From Acidobacteriota bacterium (GTDB lineage: Bacteria; Acidobacteriota; Thermoanaerobaculia; Gp7-AA8), in the NCBI GenBank assembly GCA_019244185.1, contig JAFATB010000025.1:352798-416797 (forward strand): a stretch of DNA of 64,000 bases, read 5' to 3'. Made by a program: the position numbers and the translations under genes. Under the pieces are notes generated by a model. That model did no database searches. It saw only the letters and a program-made list of their open reading frames with translations, and was not told where the DNA came from. This document shows, piece after piece, positions 18,184 to 28,098 of the stretch. How positions within the stretch are numbered: the first letter of the stretch is position 1; each line of letters begins with the position of its first letter.

Positions 18184-19842
18184 CTATCTCTCGCGCAGGT
18201 ATCCGTGAATGAGCTGCACCGCCATCGCCCCTTCTCCCACCGCCGAGCCGACGCGCTTTGCCGAGCCGTGCCTTACATCGCCGGCCACGAACACGCCGCG
18301 CATGCTGCTCTCGAGCGGCGCGGGCCAGACGTCTTCCGGCCAGCCGGGCAGCTGCTTGCGGTGCAGCTTGCGTCCCGTGACGATGAAGCCCTGTTTGTCG
18401 CGGACGACCGTGTCGGAGAGCCACTCCGTGTTCGGCTTCGCGCCGATCCAGATGAAGAGCGCGTCGGTGCGCAGCTCGCGCTGCTCCTTCGTCTCCGTGT
18501 TCTCGACGACCACCGCCTCGACGCGCTCCTCCCCTTTCACCTCGACCACGCTCGTCTTGGTCAACAGCTTGACCTTCTCGAGCGACTCGATGCGGTCGAC
18601 GAGGTAGCGCGACATGGTCGTCTCGAGTGACTCGTCGATGGTGATGATGGTCAGACGCCGCACGTAGCGCGCGAGCAGCAGCGCGGCCTGCGCGGCGGAG
18701 TTGCCGCTGCCGAGGAGACAGACGTCGCGGCCGCGAAAGCGGGCGGCCTCCGCGGCGGCGGCGCCGTAGTAGACTCCGGAGCCGGCGAGGCGTTCCGCGC
18801 CCGCGCCGGTGAAGCGGCGGTACGCTACGCCCATCGCCAGCAGCACGGTATGGCTCACGATCTCGGTGCCGTCGTCGAGCTCCACGAGCCGATAGCCGCG
18901 ATCGTCGCGCAACCCGGTCGCGGATTTCGTGAGCAGGATCTCGGTGCCGAACTTCTGCGCCTGCGTCACCGCGCGCGACGCGAGCTCCGCGCCCGACAGG
19001 CCGTCCGGAAATCCGAGATAGTTCTCGATCAGCGCGCTCGATCCCGCCTGCCCGCCCGGCACGTCGCGCTCGATGATCACCGTGCGCAGTCCTTCCGAGC
19101 TCGCGTACACCGCCGCCGCGAGTCCCGCCGGACCTCCGCCGACGATCACGAGGTCGTAGAACGACTCCTCGGGTGACGTGCTGAAGCCGAGCTTCTGCGC
19201 GAGGTCTTCGTCCGACGGATCGACGAGCTCCGTGCCGTCGGGGAACACGATGCGCGTCGTCGGGTCGCGATCCTCGTCGTCCTCGTCCTCGGAGCCGGTC
19301 TCGATCCACTGATACGGCACGCGATGCCGCGCCATGAGATCGCGCACGTCGTGGCAGCGCGGCGCCCACTGATCGCCGATGATCTGCACGATGTCGTTCG
19401 CCGCCAGTGCGCTCGTCGCACCGGTCGTCTCCCACGCGCGCAACGCGTCGCGCACGATCGGCTGCAACGACGTCTCGGGCGCTTCCCACGGCTCGGCGAT
19501 GCTGATGTCGACGAGGCCGTCGCGTTTCGCGGCGGCGGCGAACCCCGGATCGAGATCGTCGGCGTAGAGGATGACGCGCACGCCCGGAGTCACTTCCTTC
19601 GCGCGCGCGAGCAGCTCGCGGAACTTCCCTTCGTCGAGCACGTGGCGGACGAGCAGCAGCACGAGCGGCTGTTTCGTCCGCGCGACGTCGTCGAGCACCT
19701 TGCGCGCGTCGTCGAGATTGCGCGCGGTGGCGACGTCGAACGACGACGAGCAGTCGCCGCGCAGGAACTCCTCCCCGCGCGCGAGGTGCTCCTCGTGCGG
19801 CTCGACGAGCAGGATCAGAGGACGGGCGGTTTCCGGACCCAC
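18184..19842 (-). CDS. Receiver-like domain + glutaredoxin-like linker + thioredoxin-reductase-like FAD oxidoreductase
   Basis: GGGPAGLAAA, IENYLGFP, GSGNSA, GVFVAGDVR. N-terminal REC-like fold. GTG 19842 is the probable start. Confidence 0.85.
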   Translation of the reverse strand: MGPETARPLILLVEPHEEHLARGEEFLRGDCSSSFDVATARNLDDARKVLDDVARTKQPLVLLLVRHVLDEGKFRELLARAKEVTPGVRVILYADDLDPGFAAAAKRDGLVDISIAEPWEAPETSLQPIVRDALRAWETTGATSALAANDIVQIIGDQWAPRCHDVRDLMARHRVPYQWIETGSEDEDDEDRDPTTRIVFPDGTELVDPSDEDLAQKLGFSTSPEESFYDLVIVGGGPAGLAAAVYASSEGLRTVIIERDVPGGQAGSSALIENYLGFPDGLSGAELASRAVTQAQKFGTEILLTKSATGLRDDRGYRLVELDDGTEIVSHTVLLAMGVAYRRFTGAGAERLAGSGVYYGAAAAEAARFRGRDVCLLGSGNSAAQAALLLARYVRRLTIITIDESLETTMSRYLVDRIESLEKVKLLTKTSVVEVKGEERVEAVVVENTETKEQRELRTDALFIWIGAKPNTEWLSDTVVRDKQGFIVTGRKLHRKQLPGWPEDVWPAPLESSMRGVFVAGDVRHGSAKRVGSAVGEGAMAVQLIHGYLRER

Positions 19843-19902
19843 GCCCCGCCTCGTTTGCGATTCCGATGCCTCAGCGCGCTTTTTGCACGCAGCGCAAAGA
19901 CG

Positions 19903-20733
19903 ATGTCGGAAGAAACCGAAGGGCGCACCTCGCCGACAACCGCCACCGTTCACCACTCCATCTTCGAGGAAGGCGTGGGAGAGCTCGAGCGGACGTCGTC
20001 CGCGCTGGCGTGGTCCGGCGTCGCCGCGGGCCTCTACATGGGCTTCTCCTTCCTCGGCAGCGGCGTGCTGCGCGCGCATCTGCCGCAGGCGCACTGGGAG
20101 CCGCTCGTCACCGCGCTCGGCTACACGCTCGGCTTCGTCCTGGTGATCATCGGCCGCCAGCAGCTCTTCACCGAGAACACGCTCACGGTGATGCTGCCGC
20201 TCTTTCACCGGCGCGATGCGCGTACGTTCGCGAACGTGCTGCGGGTCTGGGGCATCGTCCTCGTCGCGAACGTCATCGGCTGCCTGATCTTCGCGTTCGT
20301 GCTCGCGCGCACGGAGCTCGTCGACGGCGAGGTCTTCGCGGCGCTGAAGGCGCTGGCCACGCAGAGCACGAGCCATACGTTCGGCGTGCAGTTCCTGCGC
20401 GGCATCTTCGCGGGGTGGCTGATCGCGCTCGTGGTCTGGCTGCTGCCGTACGCGGAGAACGCGCACGTCCTCGTGATCGTGCTGCTGACGTACACCATCG
20501 GCGCCGCGCAACTCCCGCACGTCATCATCGGAACGATCGAAACCATCTTCCTGCTGTTCATCGGGAAAGCGGGATGGAGCGAGTTCTTCATCGGCTTCTT
20601 TCTACCCGTGCTGCTCGGCAACGTGCTCGGCGGCGTCGGCCTGGTCGCGGCGCTCGGACACGCGCAGGTCGCGGCGAACGGCGATCTGGAAGAAGAAGAG
20701 GATGAGGAAGAGAACGGCTTGATTATTGCTTAG
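19903..20733 (+). CDS. Formate/nitrite transporter family protein (YfdC-like)
   Basis: EGVGELER, QQLFTENT, GWLIA, LGNVLGG; about 6 TM helices. Confidence 0.88.
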   Translation: MSEETEGRTSPTTATVHHSIFEEGVGELERTSSALAWSGVAAGLYMGFSFLGSGVLRAHLPQAHWEPLVTALGYTLGFVLVIIGRQQLFTENTLTVMLPLFHRRDARTFANVLRVWGIVLVANVIGCLIFAFVLARTELVDGEVFAALKALATQSTSHTFGVQFLRGIFAGWLIALVVWLLPYAENAHVLVIVLLTYTIGAAQLPHVIIGTIETIFLLFIGKAGWSEFFIGFFLPVLLGNVLGGVGLVAALGHAQVAANGDLEEEEDEEENGLIIA

Positions 20734-20744
20734 AGCGCCTGACA

Positions 20745-21203
20745 ATGTCCTTGGTTAAGGGTCCCGAGGTCGCCAACGTGCTGGTGGTGGATGACGAACC
20801 GGCCATCCGTGCGCTCGTTGCGAAGATCGTCGAGCGCGCCGGCTTTCCGGTCGACAGCGCCCGCGACGGCGCGGAAGCCATTCAGCGCCTCGAGGAGAAG
20901 TCGTATGCGGTGCTCGTCGTCGACCTGATGATGCCGAACGTCGACGGCTTCGCGCTCATCGATTACGTGCGCCAGCGCGGCGGCGCCAGACCGGCGATCA
21001 TCGTCGTCAGCGCGGGGGACTCCGCGGCGCTGCGCCGCCTCGACGGGTCGATGGTGCACTCGATCCTGCGCAAGCCTTTCGACATCGACGTCCTCGGCGA
21101 CCTGATCACCGCCGCCGCCCGGACGATCTCCGCGGAACGCCAGCAGGAAGAGAAGGCGTCCGAGGGTGCCGTGATCCCGTTCCCGCGCGAAAACGTCTGC
21201 TGA
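20745..21203 (+). CDS. Single-domain response regulator
   Basis: VLVVDDE, DLMMP, KPF. Confidence 0.9.
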   Translation: MSLVKGPEVANVLVVDDEPAIRALVAKIVERAGFPVDSARDGAEAIQRLEEKSYAVLVVDLMMPNVDGFALIDYVRQRGGARPAIIVVSAGDSAALRRLDGSMVHSILRKPFDIDVLGDLITAAARTISAERQQEEKASEGAVIPFPRENVC

Positions 21204-21213
21204 CGTTGAAGCC

Positions 21214-22203
21214 TCAGCGCCGCGAACGCCGCATGAGCGCGAACAGCGCGGCGACGCCGAGCAACCCTGCCGCGCGACGCCATCCCGGATGCAGTTCCAC
21301 CGTGCGCGTGTAGACGCTCGCGCGCCGCGACTCGTCGGAGTAATCGCCGTCGACGTCGGTCTCGTGCGCGGTGTGAAAGAGGTTCGACTCCCCTGCATCG
21401 GCTGTGGTGCTGTATTGCTGGCGGAAAAAGTTGCGGCCGCGCAGCATGTACCAGTCGAGCGCGCGCGGGCTGAGGCGGGTGCCCCACGCCATCAACTTTG
21501 CGAGCGAGCCGACGTAAACGTCGCGCTGCGGCCGATCCACCGCACGAAGGATTGCGCGCGCGACTTCCTCCGGCGGATAGATGACCGAGATGGGATGCGG
21601 CCGCACGCCGAGGCGCGACGCGCCCCAGCGGTAGAACGGCGTGTTGATCGACGCCGGGAGGATCGAGACGACGTCGATCGGCGCGTGAGTCGCGCGCAGT
21701 TCCATGCGCAGCGCGTCGTTGAACGACTTGATCGCGGCCTTCGTCGCCGAATACGTCGACAGCAGCGGCACCGCATGCTCGGCGACGGCGGACGAGACGT
21801 TCACGATGACGCCGCGGCCGCGCGCGCGGAGATGCGGGATGGCGATGCGCGTGCCGTACATCACGCCGAGGAGGTTCACTTCGACGACGCGGCGCATGGA
21901 GGCGGGAGTCATTTCCTCGACGAGCGCCCACTCCCCCACCGCGGCGTTGTTGATCCAGACGTCGATGCCGCCGAATGCCGCGACGGCCGCGTCCGCGACG
22001 CGCTCGAGGTCCTCGGCGCGCGCGACGTCGCCGGCGATCGCCAGCGCGGCGCCTCCCGCGCGCACGAGCTCTTCGGCCACCTGCGCGAGCGCGTCCGCGC
22101 TGCGGCTGACGAGTACGACCGCGTCGCCGCGCCGCGCGAAGGCGAGCGCGGTCGCATGGCCGATGCCGCTCGAGGCGCCGGTGATCACGACCACGCGTTT
22201 CAC
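21214..22203 (-). CDS. Short-chain dehydrogenase/reductase
   Basis: ITGASSGIG, WINNA, YSATK. GTG 22203 is the probable start. Confidence 0.92.
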   Translation of the reverse strand: MKRVVVITGASSGIGHATALAFARRGDAVVLVSRSADALAQVAEELVRAGGAALAIAGDVARAEDLERVADAAVAAFGGIDVWINNAAVGEWALVEEMTPASMRRVVEVNLLGVMYGTRIAIPHLRARGRGVIVNVSSAVAEHAVPLLSTYSATKAAIKSFNDALRMELRATHAPIDVVSILPASINTPFYRWGASRLGVRPHPISVIYPPEEVARAILRAVDRPQRDVYVGSLAKLMAWGTRLSPRALDWYMLRGRNFFRQQYSTTADAGESNLFHTAHETDVDGDYSDESRRASVYTRTVELHPGWRRAAGLLGVAALFALMRRSRR

Positions 22204-22255
22204 GCAGGCATGAGGTGTCAAATCGCGTGCCGCGTCTCGGGTTATCCTGCGTCGC

Positions 22256-23782
22256 ATGCAATCGTCGTCGTCGCGGTACGCGTTGCGCATCGCCGTGTTC
22301 GTCGCCGGCGCGCTCCTCATGGCGCTCGAGGTCGCGGCGTTCCGCATCATCGGCAAAACGTTCGGCGCCGCGCTGCGCGAGACGACCACCGTGATCGCCG
22401 TCTTTCTCGCGGCGATGAGCGCGGGCTACTGGGCGGGCGGACGGGCGGGCGACCGCTGGCCGCGGCCGGAGACGCTCGTCGCAACGCTGGTGCTCTCCGC
22501 GCTGTCGCTCTTCACCGTGCCGTGGCTGGACGCCGCGCTCTCGCCGCGCATCGCCGCGTCGTCGCTCGCGCTCGCGACACACGCGTTCATCGCCACGAGC
22601 GTGCTCTTCGCGATCCCGACGTTCCTCCTCGCCGCCACCTCGCCGATCGCCATCCGACTCTTCACGACCAGCACCGGCGCGAGCGGCTCGACGGCCGGCT
22701 CGATCTCCGCGCTCTCGACCGCGGGCAGCATCGCCGGAAGTCTCGCCACGGCGTTCTTCCTCATCGATTGGCTGGCCAGCATCAGCCGCACGGTGCTCCT
22801 CGTCGGCGCCGCCGCGCTCGCGACCGCGCTCCTCGTGCAGCTCGCATCGGCCGAACGCGCCGGCACGCGGCGGCTCGCGCTCGCACTTTCCGCGGCCGCG
22901 GCGGTCATCGTCGCGACGAGCGTCTTCGTCGCGCGTTCATCCGCGCTCGAGCAGTCGCTGCTCCGTCCGCTGCCGAACACGCGCGTGCTCTTCGTCGGCG
23001 ACAGCGGCTATCACCGCGTCACGGTCCGCGACCGCGCGCGCCAGCGCGAGATGCTCTTCAACCTCGGCGTTCAGACACGCATGCCGCTCAACGACCCGTT
23101 CGGTCCCGGCAACGCGTACTCCGACGCGCTGCATCTCGCGCGGCTGATGCGTCCGCAGACGAAGCGCGTGCTCGTCATCGGCCTCGGCGGCGGCACCGCG
23201 GCGAAGCAATACATGCATCACTACCCCGACACGATCGTCGACGCCGTCGACGTCGACCCGCTCGTCGTCGACGTCGCGCAACGCTTCTTCACCGTCGCGC
23301 CGGGACCGCGGCTGCGGCTGCACGTCGCCGACGGCCGCACGTTCCTGCGGCGCACGAACGAGCGCTGGGACCTCATCATCCTCGACGCGGCCACGACCAA
23401 CCGCTACGGCGATACGTTTCCGCCGCACCTCGCCACGCGCGAATTTTTTACCGAGGTCTCGACGCACCTCACGCCGGGCGGCATTCTGCATCTCCACAAC
23501 GGCTTCCATGCGTCGAAGCTGATGCCCGCCCTGCACAAGACCGTGGGCAGCGTGTACGGGAGCGTGCTGATGACCGGCGGCGAGCTCCTCGCCAGCGACG
23601 GCGCGCTCGTCATCGACCGTCCCGCGCTCGTGGCCCGCGCGCGCGAGAACGGCCTGCTGGCACAGCTCCCGAATCTCGGCACTGCCATCGAGCAGCTGAC
23701 GGATTCGAAGCCGGCGTACGGCGACGTGCCGCTCCTCACCGATGACTACGCGCCGGTCGACACGCTCCTCCGCAGCCGCTGA
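22256..23782 (+). CDS. Fused membrane domain / spermidine synthase-like SAM methyltransferase
   Basis: About 7 TM N-terminus; VLVIGLGGG, VDVDP, DGRTFL, DLIILDA; C-terminal LTDDYAPVD. Confidence 0.88.
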   Translation: MQSSSSRYALRIAVFVAGALLMALEVAAFRIIGKTFGAALRETTTVIAVFLAAMSAGYWAGGRAGDRWPRPETLVATLVLSALSLFTVPWLDAALSPRIAASSLALATHAFIATSVLFAIPTFLLAATSPIAIRLFTTSTGASGSTAGSISALSTAGSIAGSLATAFFLIDWLASISRTVLLVGAAALATALLVQLASAERAGTRRLALALSAAAAVIVATSVFVARSSALEQSLLRPLPNTRVLFVGDSGYHRVTVRDRARQREMLFNLGVQTRMPLNDPFGPGNAYSDALHLARLMRPQTKRVLVIGLGGGTAAKQYMHHYPDTIVDAVDVDPLVVDVAQRFFTVAPGPRLRLHVADGRTFLRRTNERWDLIILDAATTNRYGDTFPPHLATREFFTEVSTHLTPGGILHLHNGFHASKLMPALHKTVGSVYGSVLMTGGELLASDGALVIDRPALVARARENGLLAQLPNLGTAIEQLTDSKPAYGDVPLLTDDYAPVDTLLRSR

Positions 23783-24326
23783 GCCGCCCGGCGGTCTCCG
23801 CTACGTCGCGGACTTCCTCACGCCGGACGAGGAGCGAGCGCTGGTGGAGGAGATCGATGGATATCCATTTCATGAGGTGCGCATGCGCGGCCAGGTCGCG
23901 CGGCGGACGGTGATCCACTTCGGCTGGGACTACGACTACGACGGCTGGAGCATCCATCCCACGACGCCGCCGTCGCCGCGATTGCGCGCGCTGGCCGATC
24001 GTTGCGCGGCCGCGGCGGAGATCGCGCCGGAAGCGCTGCAGCAGTTCCTCGTCGCGCGCTATCCGCCGGGAGCGACGATCGGCTGGCACCGCGACGCGCC
24101 GATGTTCGGCAGTCCGGTGCTCGGCGTCTCGCTGCTCGCGCCATGCACGATGCGCTTCCGCAGAAAAAGCGGTGAGTCGTACGAAGTGTGGGCGCAGCCG
24201 CTGGCGCCGCGCGCGCTCTACATTCTGGGCGGCGCGGCGCGCATGCAGTGGCAGCACTCCATCCCGCCGGTGAAGGCGCTGCGTTACTCCATCACCATGC
24301 GCAGCTTGCGCGACGCGCAAAAGTGA
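23742..24326 (+). CDS. AlkB-like 2OG-Fe(II) dioxygenase
   Basis: YPPGATIGWHRD (HxD), WQHSIPP, RYSITMR. Confidence 0.88.
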   Translation: MTTRRSTRSSAAAEPPGGLRYVADFLTPDEERALVEEIDGYPFHEVRMRGQVARRTVIHFGWDYDYDGWSIHPTTPPSPRLRALADRCAAAAEIAPEALQQFLVARYPPGATIGWHRDAPMFGSPVLGVSLLAPCTMRFRRKSGESYEVWAQPLAPRALYILGGAARMQWQHSIPPVKALRYSITMRSLRDAQK

Positions 24327-24372
24327 AGCCTCAGGCTGGTCTGAATTTCGCAAGCCGCCAGACGCGAAACTG

Positions 24373-26208
24373 ATGCGGACGTGGGTGGCCTGCAGCCTCG
24401 TTCTCATGACAGCCTTCGCCGGCTGTAACCGCGCGAACTCTACCCGCCCGAAGCAACTTCCATACATCCAGCGTTACACCAGTTCGCCCGCGACGAGCCT
24501 CGCCTCCGTGCTCGCGGACGACGGCCAGTGGGTGATGGCGCCGAAGGACTACGCGAACACGCGCTTCTCCTCGCTCGATCAGATCAACACGAAGAACGTC
24601 GGCAACCTGCAGGCCGCGTGGACGTTCTCGACCGGCATCCTGCGCGGCCACGAGGCGGCGCCGCTCATCGTGAACAACACGATGTACATCGTCGGACCGT
24701 TTCCGAACCCCGTCTTCGCGCTCGACCTCACGCGTCCCGGCGGTCCGCTCAAGTGGCAGTACAAGCCGGCCGTGATCTCCGGCGCGAAAGGCGTCGCGTG
24801 CTGCGATTGGGTCAACCGAGGGGCGGCGTTCGGCGACGGCAAGATCGTCTTCAACACGCTCGACAACCAGACCATCGCGCTCGACGCGAACACCGGCGCC
24901 GAAGTTTGGAAGACGACCCTCGGCGACATCAATCAGGGCGAGACCATCACCATGGCCCCGCTCATCGTCAAAGACAAAGTGCTCGTCGGCAATGCGGGCG
25001 GCGAGTTCGGCGTGCGCGGCTGGCTGCAGGCGCTCGACCTGAAAACCGGAAAGCCCGTCTGGAAGGCATTCCATACAGGTCCCGATACGGATTGCCTGAT
25101 CGGCCCCGACTTCAAGCCCTTCTACCCGCTCGACGCCGGCAAAGACCTCGGCGTGAAAACGTGGTCGCCCGAATCGTGGCGGCAGGGCGGCGGCACGATG
25201 TGGGGCTGGATCTCTTACGACCCGCAGCTGAACCTCATCTACTACGGCACCGGCAATCCCGGCCCGTGGAACCCCGAGCTGCGTCCCGGCGACAACAAGT
25301 GGACCGCGACGCTCTTCGCGCGCGACGTCGACACCGGCGCCGCGAAGTGGGCGTATCAGTTCCAGCCGCACGACAACTTCGACTACGACGCCGTCAACGA
25401 GTCGACGCTGCTCGACCTGCACCTGCCCGGCGGCCAGCTGCGCAAAGTGCTCGTGCGCGCGGAGCGCAACGGCTACATGTACATGATCGACCGCGCGAAC
25501 GGCCAGGTGCTCTCCGCCGATCCGTACGCGTTCATCACGTCGACGAAAGGCATCGATCTCAAGACGGGGCGTCCGATCGAGAATCCCGACAAACAGCCGA
25601 AGAGCGGCAAAGTGATTCGCGAGATCTGCCCCGCCGTGCCCGGCGCGAAAGACTGGCAGCCGTCCGCGTACTCGCCGCGCACCGGGCTGCTGTACGTGCC
25701 CTCCGAAAACCTCTGCATGGACTTCGAGGGGCTCGAGGCGAACTACATCGCCGGCACGCCTTATCTGGGCGCGAATATCCGTTACTACGCGGGTCCCGGC
25801 GGCAACCGCGGCGAGCTGCTCGCGTGGGACGTCGTGCATCGGAAAAAAGTGTGGGGCGTGAAGGAACGCTTCCCGACGTACAGCGGCGCCGTCGCCACCG
25901 CGGGCGATCTCGTTTTCTACGGCACCATGGACGGCTGGTTCAAAGCGCTCGACGCCCGCAGCGGCGACACGCTCTGGAAGTTCAAGACCGACAGCGGAAT
26001 CATCAGCCAGCCGGTGACGTGGCGCGGGCCCGACGGCAAGCAGTACGTCGCGGTACTCACCGGCGTCGGCGGCTGGCCGGGCGCCATCGTCTCCGGCGAT
26101 CTCGATCCGCGCGACGCCGGCGCCGGCGACGGCTTCGTCAGCGCCATGAGCGACCTGCCCAAATTCACGGAGAAAGGGAGCACGTTGTATGTCTTCGCGC
26201 TTCCTTAG
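24373..26208 (+). CDS. xoxF: PQQ-dependent methanol/ethanol dehydrogenase, lanthanide-type (XoxF-like) paralog 1, lipoprotein signal
   Basis: Vicinal CC (VACCDWVNRG), GGEFGVRG, GTGNPGPWN, FDYDAVNE (D-Y-D at 25381-25389), FAGC lipobox. Confidence 0.88.
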   Translation: MRTWVACSLVLMTAFAGCNRANSTRPKQLPYIQRYTSSPATSLASVLADDGQWVMAPKDYANTRFSSLDQINTKNVGNLQAAWTFSTGILRGHEAAPLIVNNTMYIVGPFPNPVFALDLTRPGGPLKWQYKPAVISGAKGVACCDWVNRGAAFGDGKIVFNTLDNQTIALDANTGAEVWKTTLGDINQGETITMAPLIVKDKVLVGNAGGEFGVRGWLQALDLKTGKPVWKAFHTGPDTDCLIGPDFKPFYPLDAGKDLGVKTWSPESWRQGGGTMWGWISYDPQLNLIYYGTGNPGPWNPELRPGDNKWTATLFARDVDTGAAKWAYQFQPHDNFDYDAVNESTLLDLHLPGGQLRKVLVRAERNGYMYMIDRANGQVLSADPYAFITSTKGIDLKTGRPIENPDKQPKSGKVIREICPAVPGAKDWQPSAYSPRTGLLYVPSENLCMDFEGLEANYIAGTPYLGANIRYYAGPGGNRGELLAWDVVHRKKVWGVKERFPTYSGAVATAGDLVFYGTMDGWFKALDARSGDTLWKFKTDSGIISQPVTWRGPDGKQYVAVLTGVGGWPGAIVSGDLDPRDAGAGDGFVSAMSDLPKFTEKGSTLYVFALP

Positions 26209-27988
26209 CTCCCTCGGCGTCGCGGCAGTCCTTTGCGCGTGCGCCTGCGCGCGATCGAATCCGCCGGTGAAAACGGATCTGCACCAGCTCTCGCGCGACG
26301 ACGCGCAGTGGGTGATGCCAGCCAAGGATTACGCGTCGACGCGCTACAGCGGCCTCGCGCAGATCAACACCTCGAACGCGAAACAGCTCAAGCTCGCGTG
26401 GACCGTGTCGACGGGACACGACCGCGGACACGAGGCCGGTCCGCTCGTCATCGGCGACACGATGTACTACGTGACGCCGTTCCCCAACGATCTCATCGCC
26501 ATCGATCTGAAGAATCCGACCGGTCCGCCGAAATGGAAGTACCGGCCGCAGAACCTCGAGACCGAATCGCAGGGCGTCGCCTGCTGCGACGTCGTCAACC
26601 GCGGCGCCGCGTACGCGAACGGCAAGGTGTTCCTCAACACGCTCGACGGTCGCACGTGCGCCGTCGATGCGGAGACCGGCAAGGAAGTGTGGGTGAGGCA
26701 GCTCGCCGACATCAACCGCGGCGAGACCATCACCATGGCGCCGCTGGTCGTGAAGAACAAAGTGCTCGTCGGCGACAGCGGCGGCGAGTTCGGTGTGCGC
26801 GGCTGGGTCACGGCGCTCGATTCCGAAACGGGAAAAATCGCGTGGCGCGCCTACGCCACCGGTCCCGATAAGGACGTGCTCATCGGCCCGAACTTCAAGC
26901 CGTTCTACGCCACCGACCGCGGCAAGGATCTGGGCGTCAGCACGTGGCCGAAGGACAAGTGGAAGATCGGCGGCGGCACGATGTGGGGCTGGATCTCCTA
27001 CGACCCCGAGCTCGATCTCATCTACTACGGCACCGGCAACCCGGGACCGTGGAATCCCGAGCTGCGCCCCGGCGACAACAAGTGGACCTCCGGGATCTTC
27101 GCGCGCCGCCCCGACACCGGCGAGGCGGTCTGGTACTACCAGTGGTCGCCGCACGACGAGTTCGATTACGACGGCATCAACGAACAACTCCTGCTCGATC
27201 TCCCGATCGGCGGCAAGACGCGCAAAGTCCTCGTGCGCCCGGAGCGCAACGGCTACATGTACGTGCTCGACCGCGCAACCGGCGAAGTGCTCTCCGCCGA
27301 TGCGTACGGCGCGGTCACCTCGAGCTTCGGCGTCGATCTGAAATCCGGCCGCCTCATCCCGAACAAGGCGAAGGAGCCGGGCACGGGGAAAGTGATCCCC
27401 GACATCTGCCCTGCCGCGCCCGGCGCGAAGGACTGGCAGCCATCGGCGTACTCGCCGCGGACGCGCCTCATCTACGTCCCGCACCAGAACCTCTGCATGC
27501 AGCACGAGGGCACGGACGTGAACTACATCGCCGGCACGCCGTACGTCGGCGCGAACGTCGTCATGGTTCCCGGCCCCGGCGGCCATCGCGGCGAGTTCGA
27601 CGCGTGGGATCCGGTGCAGCGCAAGAAAGTCTGGTCGATCCGCGAGAACTTTCCCGTGTGGTCCGGCGCGCTCGTCACCGCGGGTGACGTCGCCTTCTAC
27701 GGCACGATGGACGGCTGGTTCAAAGCCGTCGACGCCCGCACCGGCACGCTGCTCTGGCAGTTCAAAACCTCCAGCGGAATCATCGGCCAGCCCGTCACCT
27801 ACCGCGGCCCCGACGGCAAGCAGTACGTGACCATCGCCGCGGGAGTCGGCGGCTGGGCCGGCGCGATCGTCGCCGGAGGACTGGACCCGAGGGACGCGAC
27901 GGCGGCGCTGGGGTTTGTAAATGCGATGAAGGATTTGCCGGGAGCCACCAACAAGGGTGGGGTGATTTACACGTTTGCGTTGCCCTGA
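26189..27988 (+). CDS. xoxF: PQQ-dependent methanol/ethanol dehydrogenase, lanthanide-type (XoxF-like) paralog 2
   Basis: VACCDVVNRG, GGEFGVRG, GTGNPGPWN, FDYDGINE (D-Y-D at 27164-27172). Cys-containing signal peptide; 20-bp overlap with paralog 1. Confidence 0.88.
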   Translation: MSSRFLSSLGVAAVLCACACARSNPPVKTDLHQLSRDDAQWVMPAKDYASTRYSGLAQINTSNAKQLKLAWTVSTGHDRGHEAGPLVIGDTMYYVTPFPNDLIAIDLKNPTGPPKWKYRPQNLETESQGVACCDVVNRGAAYANGKVFLNTLDGRTCAVDAETGKEVWVRQLADINRGETITMAPLVVKNKVLVGDSGGEFGVRGWVTALDSETGKIAWRAYATGPDKDVLIGPNFKPFYATDRGKDLGVSTWPKDKWKIGGGTMWGWISYDPELDLIYYGTGNPGPWNPELRPGDNKWTSGIFARRPDTGEAVWYYQWSPHDEFDYDGINEQLLLDLPIGGKTRKVLVRPERNGYMYVLDRATGEVLSADAYGAVTSSFGVDLKSGRLIPNKAKEPGTGKVIPDICPAAPGAKDWQPSAYSPRTRLIYVPHQNLCMQHEGTDVNYIAGTPYVGANVVMVPGPGGHRGEFDAWDPVQRKKVWSIRENFPVWSGALVTAGDVAFYGTMDGWFKAVDARTGTLLWQFKTSSGIIGQPVTYRGPDGKQYVTIAAGVGGWAGAIVAGGLDPRDATAALGFVNAMKDLPGATNKGGVIYTFALP

Positions 27989-27999
27989 AGAGTCAAAGC

Positions 28000-28098
28000 G
28001 AATGAAGAACGCAGAACGCAGAACGCAGAACGTAGAAAGAGGACCGGATGCGCGGAGCGTTTCTACATTCTTCATTCTGCGTTCTGCGTTCTTCATTC
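28000..28098. repeat. Heptamer-repeat palindrome, second copy, overlapping the xoxJ 5' end
   Basis: GAATGAAGAACGCAGAACGCAGAACGCAGAACGTAGAAA ... TTTCTACATTCTTCATTCTGCGTTCTGCGTTCTTCATTC. Confidence 0.85.

Noticed and set aside
24336-24352. GG-N10-GC sigma-54-like motif before xoxF-a (CTGGTCTGAATTTCGCA)
   Set aside because: Poor match at both boxes and would leave only about 10 nt of leader.
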